DNA of 64,000 bases, taken from the NCBI GenBank assembly GCA_000146045.2, contig BK006939.2, positions 256,001 to 320,000 on the forward strand, written 5' to 3'. Of the stretch, positions 51,653 to 62,342 are shown one piece after another. The stretch comes from TPA_inf: Saccharomyces (lineage: Eukaryota). The translations under genes were made by a program, and so were the position numbers. The notes under the pieces were generated by a model. That model made no database searches and had not been told where the DNA came from. It saw only the letters and a program-made list of their open reading frames with translations. The stretch's first letter is position 1. Every line of letters begins with the position of its first letter.

Positions 51653-52123
51653 ATGGTACTGTTTGGACTAGGTAGACTATTTTACGTCATTTTATTATTG
51701 ATTAATGCCGTTGCAGTACTGAGCGAAGAAAGGTTCTTAAGAAGAAGTATGTAAACAGGAGAGGCAACCATAAACAACTTATTTTAAAGCAACAATTAAT
51801 ACTAACTTTATTGAATATGCTAATACATTATTTCACCGATTTTTGCAGTTGGCCTTGGAAGATCAAATGATGAGACACCTGTTTTTGGTCAGGATCAAAA
51901 TACCACGAAGTCCAAGGTTGTTCAATTGATTGGCGCCGTACAGACATTACTGAGGAGTATGTTATGTTGATGGAGAACGGTTAAAGTTACATTTCATCAG
52001 TTTTTTCCCGTTCTTTTTCACCTTTTGTGAGAAAATTTTACTAACGTTTCGTATATTATTCTTGTAGTACCATTAATTGGAATAAATATACTGGTGATTG
52101 TTTATGAATTACTATTGGGATGA
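51653..52123 (+). CDS. YOS1: Small ER/COPII-vesicle membrane protein (Yip1-Yif1 partner), about 85 aa, with two introns: exons 51653..51746, 51849..51956 and 52068..52123
   Basis: Exon 1 MVLFGLGRLFYVILLLINAVAVLSEERFLRR|GTATGT; TACTAAC…ttttgcAG|TTGGCCTTGGAAGA… (IGLGRSNDETPVFGQDQNTTKSKVVQLIGAVQTLLR)|GTATGT; TACTAAC…cttgtAG|TACCATTAATTGG… (IPLIGINILVIVYELLLG*). Frames join cleanly. Confidence 0.78.
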
Positions 52124-52412
52124 ACTAAGCGTACGAAGCAAATATTACATACTACTATATACAAGAAACAGGCTCTAATAGTTTTTTTTTCCCTTCACCT
52201 TTTCGGTTTTAGCTTTATTATAAAAGATATGAACAAAACCTCCAAGGGTAGTGGTAGCATGGTATGTGAAATTAGAGAGTTCATGCATAACTTGAAATGA
52301 AAATAATACTCTGTTACGTAGCTAACTACTGCCAAATATGTATCGAAAATATCAATTATTAAGGGGTTTCGTATTAATAAAATAGAGATCAAATACATTC
52401 ATATTAGCCTAA

Positions 52413-55199
52413 CTATTGTGGCAATTCTTTCAACTTATCATCCACGAATGTCTGCAAGATCTCTAATTTTTCGATTTGTTCAATTAATGCACTTAATGAT
52501 ATATTGTCCTTGTTACTTCCATCACCATCCGTTCTCTCTGTTATGTCATCAAGACGTAATCTAAAGTAAAATAGCAAGCAGTCATAAATGAAAATAAATT
52601 GATTAATGTTCTGGACCATGGATATTCGTTGCTTTCTAAAAATATTAATTGTCCATGAAATTGGATCGAATAACTTTGCCGGGTATTTTAATTTAACAAA
52701 CTCTTTCTGCAACATTTCAAACATTTCGAAATTGGATAGAATGGAATCAATGGTACACAAAGTACCAGTCCTTCCACAACCTGCGGAACAATGAACCAAA
52801 ATGGTAGGAAGTTGGTCGTTTTGATAGTAATTTCTGGCAAATAGTGTATCTATTATGTGATTCTTGACATTGATTGCTTGTAAGATTGAGATAGGATTGA
52901 GTAAAGTGCCCAAATCAGGCCAATTTTTCACCTGAATCTGTAACAATTCATAAGGTTTCTCTTGATCATGATATGTTAGCAGAATTTTTCTTATGAGAAT
53001 TGCGTCATCATCATCATCATCATCATCATCACAAGCAGCAGCAGTAACAGCAATATTACTATTGTTATTGTTATTATTATTGTTGTCATTATCATTATCA
53101 TTATCAGTACTATAGTTACTACTATTTCCCTGAACACCAGCTGAATATAAACTACTATTTTGTGTTCCCATAGTATTTTTCCTCATGCTAGTAGTGCTAG
53201 GCATCTTTAATATTTTTTTTTCTAACAATTTAACGTGAATACCGTTATAATTACCTTCTTGCCAATATCGATAACATTTCTCAATGCCATTTTCGAAATC
53301 ATTTGTCAATGAGAGAACCAACGGAACGCCATTATTCAATATGCATGTATAAAAGTCATGTACAGTGGAGGGCATTGGAGCTTGCGTCGCTATATAGCGC
53401 ACTCTTCTTGTTGTGGTTGTAGTTGTTTGAAATGACGAATTTTGCTCTACAGAAAACCTTGGCAGAGACAAATAGTTTGCGTTGATATAATTGTCGAGGA
53501 TGCCACCATCGGAAGTAGAATGTGAATGCTTGATACCTTTTGATGATTGCAAACCTTTTTTTAGAATCACTCTCGAATGCTCGTAGGGAAAAATATCCTT
53601 GTACCTGTTCTTGGCTCCTAATTCAACGCCTGATGATATTATAACGTCATCTGACTCCGAATCGGAATCTGATTCAAGGCTGAGCATCGATTTATATTTA
53701 CTGTATTGAGTGAAGATTGGCTGAGAATGCGACCTCTTTTGTACTTTGTTCACGTCAGGAAATTTTGGAGGCATGATTGTTGAAGAAGAAGTTGATGTTA
53801 ACTGTTCAGGATATGATGATGGCTTTTCAAGTATAAACGAGTTTTCCTTCTTCCTGAAAGAGACAGAATGGTTCAAGCGCCTTTTTTCCAAAAAATCTAA
53901 TTTTTGAAACTGAGAAACCAACTCGATCTTGGGTATTGACATCAGATGCTGGAACCATTCAGGTATAACGGAGTCAATGACCTCCTTTTCGTAATTTTTG
54001 CTCAGGTTTTCGTATCTGATCTGAAACCCTAGTTTGTCTTTATTAGTGTCCTTTTCTAGAGAATTTTGGTTCTTTGGGAATTGGAAGTTTTGTAAAGATT
54101 TTTTGGCAGAATCGTTATTATACCATCTTTCATGTTCTTCTTTGATGTTGACTGCACTCAAATACGTCTCTAAACCCATTATTTCTTCATTTTGCGAAAA
54201 TTTGAACATTTGGTTTATGTTTGTTTGTGGTGCAGGCAGCTGGAACTTAAATAAGGCAGATATGGGGGAAGAAGAAGACATGGGAGAATCTGATAGGACG
54301 TTACGCGGAGAGGGAGAACTGGAAAAGTTTGAATGATCTGACCTACTATCGTCAGGAACTTTCAACTTAAGGTTCATTTGCGGAGACGATAGTGGTGTTG
54401 TCGCCGTCATATGCGGCGCTGTGTTGTGTAGACTGTTCATAAGGTTTGTCTTGGGGCTTTTAGGTTCAGCCGAACTAATGCAATCTGAGTTAAATGTGTT
54501 GGTGTTTATATGGTCTGGAAATAGAATTTTGAATTGAGGAAAACCACACATTAGTATAGACACGGTTTTTTTAACATTAGTATCAAACTCTATTAGCTTG
54601 GACGCTATTCCATAACAAGGTAAAGAAACAGAACTTTCCGTTTGATTTGCGGTGCTATCATAAATGATAATCCGAAGGTTATCGATGGCCAGTTTAGATT
54701 TCAACACGCTTTGCTCGCTAGGAGTTAAGTTGTCCAAGAGTTTGGAAAAGGTGAAATTTTTCCTCCTCAGCAGCGTGGAAGGCAAACATACATGAATGGA
54801 GTTTGTGATAATGGATTTGGCATGTTCGGTAAACGGCCTAACATCAAGTAAGAGCACCTTTTCATCTGGTAAGGTTTCAATAATCTTGCCCAGTTCTACA
54901 GCAGTAATTAGCGAACAACCCTGCGGCTTATTATATCGCTGTTCCTTGGGCTTGAAGCTTGGCAGGACAGGAGCGGTCGCCCTCTTCAATAACACCGGCG
55001 AAGATGTCTTATAGCTCACCAAAGGGCTACTGGCTTTGGGGCTGTGGTATATGTTGCTGTTCATGCTGTTATGATAACTGTTCATAGGAGCATGCCTCGA
55101 ATATACATGCGAACTCGATCCGACCAAAGTGCTAGTCTCGGAAAGCACTGAAGTGCGGTCGGTGGGTAGAATGCTTGGGCAGTCTACACTGTCCTTCAT
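52413..55199 (-). CDS. PTP3: Protein tyrosine phosphatase with an N-terminal rhodanese-like domain, 928 aa
   Basis: C-terminal PTP signature VHCSAGCGRTG; matches Ptp3 (YER075C). Confidence 0.92.
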   Translation of the reverse strand: MKDSVDCPSILPTDRTSVLSETSTLVGSSSHVYSRHAPMNSYHNSMNSNIYHSPKASSPLVSYKTSSPVLLKRATAPVLPSFKPKEQRYNKPQGCSLITAVELGKIIETLPDEKVLLLDVRPFTEHAKSIITNSIHVCLPSTLLRRKNFTFSKLLDNLTPSEQSVLKSKLAIDNLRIIIYDSTANQTESSVSLPCYGIASKLIEFDTNVKKTVSILMCGFPQFKILFPDHINTNTFNSDCISSAEPKSPKTNLMNSLHNTAPHMTATTPLSSPQMNLKLKVPDDSRSDHSNFSSSPSPRNVLSDSPMSSSSPISALFKFQLPAPQTNINQMFKFSQNEEIMGLETYLSAVNIKEEHERWYNNDSAKKSLQNFQFPKNQNSLEKDTNKDKLGFQIRYENLSKNYEKEVIDSVIPEWFQHLMSIPKIELVSQFQKLDFLEKRRLNHSVSFRKKENSFILEKPSSYPEQLTSTSSSTIMPPKFPDVNKVQKRSHSQPIFTQYSKYKSMLSLESDSDSESDDVIISSGVELGAKNRYKDIFPYEHSRVILKKGLQSSKGIKHSHSTSDGGILDNYINANYLSLPRFSVEQNSSFQTTTTTTRRVRYIATQAPMPSTVHDFYTCILNNGVPLVLSLTNDFENGIEKCYRYWQEGNYNGIHVKLLEKKILKMPSTTSMRKNTMGTQNSSLYSAGVQGNSSNYSTDNDNDNDNNNNNNNNSNIAVTAAACDDDDDDDDDAILIRKILLTYHDQEKPYELLQIQVKNWPDLGTLLNPISILQAINVKNHIIDTLFARNYYQNDQLPTILVHCSAGCGRTGTLCTIDSILSNFEMFEMLQKEFVKLKYPAKLFDPISWTINIFRKQRISMVQNINQFIFIYDCLLFYFRLRLDDITERTDGDGSNKDNISLSALIEQIEKLEILQTFVDDKLKELPQ
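53005..53031. repeat. In-frame trinucleotide repeat (TCA)9 on the + strand, i.e. (GAT)9 in PTP3 giving poly-Asp, flanked by imperfect AAT/ATT repeats giving poly-Asn
   Basis: Direct read 'tcatcatcatcatcatcatcatcatca'. The protein shows CDDDDDDDDDA and NNNNNNNNN. Confidence 0.9.
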
Positions 55200-56022
55200 G
55201 TTCTATATGATAAGTAGATCTGTGTTGCTGATGGAGAAGGGAGATACAATACGGATTTTCTATGAACTTTGCAGTGATAAGAGCACCTACGCTATTATAA
55301 CACCGATGTTAGAATAATATGCAAGTTTGTGGTCTGTGTATACAGTTCTTTGTTTGTGCTTGAAGTGATGATGTTACATGTCAAAGAAAGAAAACCGCTA
55401 AGGTCAATGAAAATATAGTGTTACATCCGCCGGTGCAAATGGCGAGGAGAAGATTGGACTCTTGCGCATCGAACACTACCTATCTGCATCCATCCATGCC
55501 AGGTGCGCAAACTGTTGGGTCTGGCTAACACCACATTCTCGCTGCGCTGTGTTCTCCGATGACGTTTTGCCGCAAAATATTTTTTTCATGAAGGTCTTTT
55601 CTTTTCGTTCAGCGTCAGCGGGCCCAAATCTCAAAGTCGCCGCCATTCTGTTTAATGTTTAAAGTTTCCGCTCACTACACCAAGATGGCAGCAGGAGATG
55701 CCAGAAAAAGCGTGGGGTCTGGTCTGGTTAGATATTAGAAGTACATACACATCGGTGGGTGTGTAGCAGTGGCGACACATAAAATGGCCATAATGGGGGT
55801 GATTTTACGTATAGCATACATAGACATCTGTCGTTGAGGTTCGCTACCAGTGAACGGATTTAACGAGCAAGCAGCGAAAGTAGCCGAAAACCTCTTATTG
55901 TTAATAGTCATTTAGCAGCCGTTCTGCTGCTGTTTTCCTGTGGGGTGAGGTGGGCTGTGATTCGGTAAACTCGCTTGCGGTCTAACAAAAACAGAGAAAA
56001 ACTTGGTACAAAAAGATTTCAT

Positions 56023-56095
56023 TGGACGCAACCGGAATCGAACCGATGACCTCTTCCTTGCAAGGGAAGCGCGCTACCAACTGCGCCATGTGCCC
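56023..56095 (-). tRNA. tA(UGC)E: tRNA-Ala (anticodon UGC), 73 nt
   Basis: Reverse complement reads GGGCACATGGCGCAGTTGGTAGCGCGCTTCCCTTGCAAGGAAGAGGTCATCGGTTCGATTCCGGTTGCGTCCA. It has a G3:U70 pair and a B-box GGTTCGATTCC; the anticodon loop is cuTGCaa. Confidence 0.92.
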
Positions 56096-56109
56096 AGAAT
56101 TTCTGTATG

Positions 56110-56452
56110 TGTTGGATCTCAACACGGGGTACCTCCGTATAAGCAATTTTAACCCGTAGATGATTTTAGAGTTTCGTTCCTACACGCATGAAAAAGGTAA
56201 GATTGAGTATGCCTAAGATGAACCAATCAAAGTTATAAATACCTGAAGAAATGAGTTTAGATCTGTTGGATGGTGAAACATAAAAAACAGAATGAGGAAT
56301 AATCGTAATATTTTTATGTAGAAATATCAAGTCCATTGTAAGGATTCTAATATCCTCGAGGAGAACTTCTAGTATATTCTGTATACATAATATTATTGCC
56401 TTTATCAACAACGGAATCCCAACAATCATCTCAAAGTTCACCAAAAGTCTCA
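56110..56452 (+). mobile_element. Diverged solo Ty1/Ty2 delta LTR (about 340 bp) starting 14 bp upstream of tRNA-Ala
   Basis: Starts 'tgttgga…' and ends '…atcatctcaaagttcaccaaaagtctca' (compare delta …ATTATCTCAACATTCACCCATTTCTCA). The core 'gaatgaggaataatcgtaatatttttatgtagaaatat…atcctcgaggagaacttctagtata…ggaatcccaacaat' matches the delta consensus. Confidence 0.75.
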
Positions 56453-56589
56453 AGATCCGACTTAAATCTTATATAATATGTAGAATTGCCTGCAAAAGTG
56501 TACGATTTTACAATAAAAAACGTCGAATTAGCTTTTCGCATACGTCTCAACCAAGAGGAGAGCGGTAAAAATTATGGGAAACTCAATCG

Positions 56590-57498
56590 TTAACCTTGCG
56601 CCTGATCAAAACAATCATTAATAGCCATATTATTTTTATCAACTTCTGGACAGTCAATACTCCAGGGATAATAATGGGACCAAGCATCATTGGCAACTAC
56701 TCTCAGCTCGGCACGCCAAGAATCACCGTGGCTATAGGTAACACAAAACGCTGTCTTGCCGTGATTGTGCATACTGGATACTGAAACACGAACTGCACAT
56801 GTTAAATTTCCTTCAGAGGCTGTAATATCACAGCTACTGTTTGTTGACCACGTCTTGACAAACAAACTCCAACCCTCTTGCCCATCAAAAAAGATATTCG
56901 TGAACTCCTGGCTGCCGCAAAACTTCTTGTCACCGCTCCCGTGAACGGCCCATGCTACCCATTGCGCTATGTAGCTGTTCAAATTAGTCGTAAGAGTTGT
57001 GGAAGAGACGGCCCTATTGTACAACCTAGACCAAGTTCTTACCTCCACTCCGTAAAACTTGGCTCTACAGAGGGTAGATTCACCTGTTTCCTGGTTGCGG
57101 TTGTATTGCAGGTCTGCTGGTGTTTCCACAGAACCATCGACGGCTACATTAATGGCATTACTGATACTTATTGCCGTGACGTCATTTTGAAGTTGCTCGA
57201 CGAGACTATGCTGAGTGAAGTTGGCTGCTTGGGTAGTTATATTACTGATAATGTTAGGGTATTCAGTAGCATCACGCTTGTTGAAGGACTCAGGTACAGT
57301 ACCATTTGCAGTTAATCCTATCGTCTGGTAAAATTCAACCATAGAAACTGGAGCGATTGCCAAATCATCGTCCATTTGCCAGAATCCTGATGGCAAGCCC
57401 TGGCTTTCACCGCCCGTCAGGTAGATCTCAGCACGTGTGCATGCGCATAACAATAAGATCGCATAAAAAAATGAGACGGTATAGTATCCTGAGGTCAT
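56590..57498 (-). CDS. Uncharacterised protein with an N-terminal signal peptide, 302 aa
   Basis: 302-aa ORF matching systematic ORF YER076C by length and position. It has a hydrophobic N-terminus MTSGYYTVSFFYAILLLCACTRA and multiple N-x-S/T sequons. Confidence 0.75.
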   Translation of the reverse strand: MTSGYYTVSFFYAILLLCACTRAEIYLTGGESQGLPSGFWQMDDDLAIAPVSMVEFYQTIGLTANGTVPESFNKRDATEYPNIISNITTQAANFTQHSLVEQLQNDVTAISISNAINVAVDGSVETPADLQYNRNQETGESTLCRAKFYGVEVRTWSRLYNRAVSSTTLTTNLNSYIAQWVAWAVHGSGDKKFCGSQEFTNIFFDGQEGWSLFVKTWSTNSSCDITASEGNLTCAVRVSVSSMHNHGKTAFCVTYSHGDSWRAELRVVANDAWSHYYPWSIDCPEVDKNNMAINDCFDQAQG

Positions 57499-58533
57499 TT
57501 TTCTCCCTTGGATTGATTGCTTGCTTTTGTATCTTTCTTATAATAGTTCTTTCAGAAGAGCCCAATATGCGGTTATTATATAAGTTAAGTTACGGCTATG
57601 TGAAGATTTTGAATAATGTAAAACTGTTAGAAAGCATTGCCTCTTGTATAAGATGTGGTCGCATTACTTCAGTTAATGACTTGAACCAGTTTGTTTTTCA
57701 ATCCACGGCTGTATTCTTCACTAATAAAACCGATTAGCGGGAGTCAGGGAAATAGAAAGAATATTTGCAAATGGAGCACCATTTTAGAATTAATTTTTTT
57801 TCAGTGCTCACAGGTTGATGATAATGACAAAATATTTTGTTCTTTAGAATTATTTACATATTGTTTAGAGATGAACGATTATTCACACTTATTACTATAT
57901 TGGTTTAAAATGGTTAACAGTTTGCTCGAGATATCAACACAATCTAGTCTTACATAAAACTTTCTTTTTTGTCCCTGGAAATCTGGCGCAAACCCTTTTT
58001 CATAGGATTGACTTAAAATAGTTGAAGAGCGATTTCTCTTGCAAAAAAAGGTGCTAACCCTTCTTACTTTGGTTTATTTTCGTGTTGGAACAAGTAGTAC
58101 AAAAATATACAGGCGAGTTGATATAATAACATTATGTGCGTTCTCATCGTATACTTAGGCACATCTCTTATACGCTTATATATAATTGCAACAGTAACAG
58201 AATAATGAAACTGTTAAAAGCAATATGTAGACAATGACGCAATTGAGTTACAGATCCAATATATACGTGGAAAATATGAGTTGTTACACTGAACATGTTA
58301 TATTTACCTGACATACCACTATATTGTACTGATGATACTTAAGACGTGCCAATTGCGCGTGTTATATGAACCTCTCCTTCATAGTATAGGAAGATGTACT
58401 TTCATTCTTAATTAACACCACCTTTGAATAATTTATCATCAGTAACTTTCAATTAACAAAAAAAATAGGAAAAAAATTTGAAAAAACCTCAAAACTATGT
58501 ACATATTGAAAGGAGTAAATAATCAATTTTTAC

Positions 58534-60600
58534 TTAAAACTTGTCATAGCTGGTTTCAAGTATCAGCTCGGCCAAGTCCTCCATGATGCGCTCTTCACTG
58601 GTACTTGTATTTTCGCTATCACCCTTCCTTCTTGAGTTGCCTTCAATGTCCGCTAAATCTTCCAGTAATATTTGCTTCAGCCTCAAAAGGTGCCTTCTGG
58701 CAAGAAACTTCTTTCTTTCCGTGCCTTTTAAACTGGCTATTTCCTCACTGTCCAGTGACGGAAGCTTGATTCTCTCGGTTAAAACCTTGACTAAACGAAT
58801 TCCCTCCAACGTAACAAACCGCTTGTCTTCTATGCTCGCTTTAAATTCCTTCCCGAACTCACCATTCAATAAAGATTTCAAGTATTCATCTAGTATACTT
58901 TTCAGTTCCACTGTAGACACTTTATCATTCATGTTCAGATTTTTAACGATAGGAAACAGGAACTTCCATGAATTAAACCTGTAAACTTTGCCGTTCAACT
59001 TTGATGAGTATGTGGCCTCTACGCTATCTATAAACCCCCGAATCTTGTGCAAAGTAGCTTCAGCATTTGATGCATCTTTGTTTATAACGGCCTTGAGACT
59101 TTGTCTTTGGAATGCGTTGTACACCAAAATTAACGTCCTCCTGGTTATTGAGATTTGTGCCGACGAGGCTACCCGTTCATAAATGTCCAGACACTCGTCG
59201 CCGCAAGTGATGGGCCTCGTTGTTATGACAGTTTCCATGTATTTGTGGTATATGCTCTGATCTAACATTTGGTTGTTCTGTGCCTCTAATGTCTTAAATA
59301 TTTCCATAGCAAGATCATATTCCTTGTTTTTCAAACAGTAATTCATAAACAATCCCACAACATGTTTGTTGAGAGGAAATGGCTTATTGATGTTCCAATG
59401 ACTTAGTGGAACTAACGTAGGAAAATCGCTTTGTGTCAAATACTTCTTGAAAATGGTCTTATCAAATTGAAAATATTCACAGAGGGCCCATAGTCCCATT
59501 CCTTGCTTCTCAATCTTTGGTGACTTCTGGCTACATATTACTTCACAGTACTCAAATAACAATTTAGAATCGACACAATAGTCTGGTATTTTATTCATCA
59601 AATCATTGAGTACCACCATAAAACGTTTCTCATCGGCAATCCTGGTACAAGATCTTATCATTAAGGTATATGTAATACTATCCTTTTTCAAACCTGGGCA
59701 CTTTTTATTAAGAAGTTTGAACACTAGTGTTTCATCGGTACAATTTATCAGTGCCGCCAAAGCGGTATTATATTCTATTTCCGTGAGCTCATTTTTGTCA
59801 CACAAACTATCTATAGTCTTCAAAACAAGTTCTCCGTATTTTTTTGAGACCAAATTTTCTTGTTTTGAGAGCCCATTAAAGAGGATTGTGATGGAATGTT
59901 GATCAATAGGGACTCCCCATTTTTTTCGCCAATTGAAGATATCTACAGCACTTTGTTGGGACTGCACAACTTCGATATAATATTTCATAATCAAATTCAT
60001 CCCAACGACGCCTTTCTTTTTAGCTAGCCTAGCCAAAAAGACAGCTTTTTCCAGTTGTCCTCTTTTCAAAAATTTTTGAACATCATTGGCGATTAATTTG
60101 GAATCACGTAACTGTTCTCCATTGACGCCTAGTATGGTATAAAAGAGTCTCTTATCTTTGGTTAAGGATAGGAACTTCAAGTCGCTTTGGCTAGTTGGCC
60201 CCAGTTTTGTATCTGCTAATGCCTCATTATTTATTTTATGAAATTTTCGAAGAATATGAAAAGCTTGATCCTTGGGGTATGCTGTCTTTTGCAGTTTTTT
60301 CAATTGTCTTCTTTTCTTAGAATTTATCCTTTCCAATTGTTTGGATGTTTTATTTAATATGAAACCGTGACGTTCTAGCTCATGTAGTCTTTCTTTTACT
60401 TGAGTTTTCTGTAGATTTGTCAGTGAATGAAAAGATCTTCTCAGCAGATGCTCTGTGAGATTAATTGCAGTGTTTATTCGGGGTAGCATTCTAGTAAATA
60501 TACAAGTGTCTACACCTATTCTTGAAGACTGCGATGACTTTGAGGATGATTGATTCAGATCCTTGGTTCTCAGCTGTCCTTTTGTAATTTTTAGACCCAT
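58534..60600 (-). CDS. MRX1: Mitochondrial helical-repeat (PPR-like) protein associated with the mitoribosome, 688 aa
   Basis: 688 aa; matches YER077C by length and position. Helical-repeat composition. Confidence 0.75.
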   Translation of the reverse strand: MGLKITKGQLRTKDLNQSSSKSSQSSRIGVDTCIFTRMLPRINTAINLTEHLLRRSFHSLTNLQKTQVKERLHELERHGFILNKTSKQLERINSKKRRQLKKLQKTAYPKDQAFHILRKFHKINNEALADTKLGPTSQSDLKFLSLTKDKRLFYTILGVNGEQLRDSKLIANDVQKFLKRGQLEKAVFLARLAKKKGVVGMNLIMKYYIEVVQSQQSAVDIFNWRKKWGVPIDQHSITILFNGLSKQENLVSKKYGELVLKTIDSLCDKNELTEIEYNTALAALINCTDETLVFKLLNKKCPGLKKDSITYTLMIRSCTRIADEKRFMVVLNDLMNKIPDYCVDSKLLFEYCEVICSQKSPKIEKQGMGLWALCEYFQFDKTIFKKYLTQSDFPTLVPLSHWNINKPFPLNKHVVGLFMNYCLKNKEYDLAMEIFKTLEAQNNQMLDQSIYHKYMETVITTRPITCGDECLDIYERVASSAQISITRRTLILVYNAFQRQSLKAVINKDASNAEATLHKIRGFIDSVEATYSSKLNGKVYRFNSWKFLFPIVKNLNMNDKVSTVELKSILDEYLKSLLNGEFGKEFKASIEDKRFVTLEGIRLVKVLTERIKLPSLDSEEIASLKGTERKKFLARRHLLRLKQILLEDLADIEGNSRRKGDSENTSTSEERIMEDLAELILETSYDKF

Positions 60601-60806
60601 CTTTATTTTGCCGTAACTAAAAATAAAAACTAAAGAGCAGTGCCCAAGAAGAAGAGGAAAAAAACAAAAAGAAAGCTGAAGAAAAGTATCTCAAGATATT
60701 TTCAGTAAATTTTTTTTTTTTTGAATTTTCCGTTTAATATTAAAAGACCTTAAATCGATAAGTTATGTATCTGTATATACAGGGTGTACTCAATTTAGCA
60801 ATAACA

Positions 60807-62342
60807 TTACAGTGGTGCCACTTGGTCCTCCTCGAATTTTGTAGATAAGCCATTTTGCATGACATTTTCTAAATCGTCAATTTCTTTCACTGCTTCAACA
60901 GTTAAATTAGTGTAAGTATCTTCACCAATGGCTATGTCATCTTCAATTCTTATTCCGACGTTTCTAAAGTAAGATGGAAATGATTCCTCGTTAGGAATAT
61001 ATAAACCCGGTTCAATAGTAATAACTTGTCCAACCTTTAATGGTTCGTACCTGGAAACTTTAGGCACATCGTGAACATCTAGACCTAAATTGTGTCCAAT
61101 ATAGTGCGGATACAATTTTTCAACATTCCAACCGGAGACTTTATCTATGCCCAAGTTTTTCAATTCCTGTTTCATGAGTGTGATACTCTTTTCATGGATG
61201 TCGTGGAGGGAATAGTTATTGCTAGCTTTACATAACTTAATGCAATCACGCTGAACATTTAATACAGCTTCGTAGAGATCTCTTTGTGCATCAGTGAATT
61301 TCCCACTATTGGGCCACGTTCTCGAAATATCAGCACAATAACCACCCAAGGAGCCAGCAGCGTCTACAAGAACCATTTCGTCGTCAAACATCACATCATC
61401 GTTTCTTGTGTAATGGATACACAAAGAATTCGAACCAGTAGCGACCACGGGGATATATGCGTCCTTATCGCAACCACCGGATATAAACTTGTAATGAAGA
61501 AAGGAATCTAAAGTTCTCTCATTCCTAAATCTTTTAGCAAAGGCTTGATTGAACGATCTTCCTGATATTTGGCCAGCTCTCCTCATAATTCTCAACTCTT
61601 GAGGGGACTTGATCTTACGGAACTCTGCAATTCTTTTACTGATGGGTTTGATGGTCTTATTCGCAATGGAATTCAATGATCGATTGCTATTCCCACTGCC
61701 ATCTAACAGGCTCTTGATGTGTTTAAAATTGGACGAACTGGGATTAGAAGTTGATAGCATATCAAAATAGATGAAATCATTCCTGTTAATTATTTTGGGC
61801 AAATATTTAGACAAATCGTTAATGGAAGCAGATTCATCGGCATTGAAAATTTCTTGAACACCATAAACCCCAGACCTAAATCCTTCCCACTTTTCAGCAA
61901 ACGCATCCTTTGGCGGAACCAGCATGTGGAAAATTGTATCACTTAAACTATCCGTTGGCTTTTCTAAAATCATGACCGAATTAGGTTCATTCCAACCACT
62001 AAGATAAAACAGGTCATTTTCCTGTTGGAACGGATAAAATACTGCTCCAGATGCAAATTGGATATCGTTACCAGCTAAAATCACACAACTTTTGGGAGGC
62101 AATGTTTCCGCCAACCTAATTCTTCTTTCATAGTATTCCAAGGCTGAAATGCCTGGTGTCAACTCGCCCGACTTTATAAGGAACGGCCTTGTCTCATGCA
62201 GTGGTTGGCCTGCCTCAATGGGGATTCTGACTCTATTAGTAAAAGTATTACTTTTATGCTGTTCCAATGGCGATACCAACTTCGAGAAGTATCTTTGGCA
62301 AGATTGCATAGAAAACCGTACTGGGTTTATCCTATGTAACAT
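60807..62342 (-). CDS. ICP55: Mitochondrial intermediate-cleaving aminopeptidase (M24 Xaa-Pro aminopeptidase family), 511 aa
   Basis: M24 metal-binding residues (D…D…H…E…E pattern, HGxGHxxGLDVHD) are present; matches Icp55 (YER078C). Confidence 0.9.
   Translation of the reverse strand: MLHRINPVRFSMQSCQRYFSKLVSPLEQHKSNTFTNRVRIPIEAGQPLHETRPFLIKSGELTPGISALEYYERRIRLAETLPPKSCVILAGNDIQFASGAVFYPFQQENDLFYLSGWNEPNSVMILEKPTDSLSDTIFHMLVPPKDAFAEKWEGFRSGVYGVQEIFNADESASINDLSKYLPKIINRNDFIYFDMLSTSNPSSSNFKHIKSLLDGSGNSNRSLNSIANKTIKPISKRIAEFRKIKSPQELRIMRRAGQISGRSFNQAFAKRFRNERTLDSFLHYKFISGGCDKDAYIPVVATGSNSLCIHYTRNDDVMFDDEMVLVDAAGSLGGYCADISRTWPNSGKFTDAQRDLYEAVLNVQRDCIKLCKASNNYSLHDIHEKSITLMKQELKNLGIDKVSGWNVEKLYPHYIGHNLGLDVHDVPKVSRYEPLKVGQVITIEPGLYIPNEESFPSYFRNVGIRIEDDIAIGEDTYTNLTVEAVKEIDDLENVMQNGLSTKFEEDQVAPL

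Noticed and set aside
56166-56453. 95-aa ORF on the minus strand
   Set aside because: It lies wholly inside the solo delta LTR upstream of tRNA-Ala. LTR-internal ORFs of this size are spurious.
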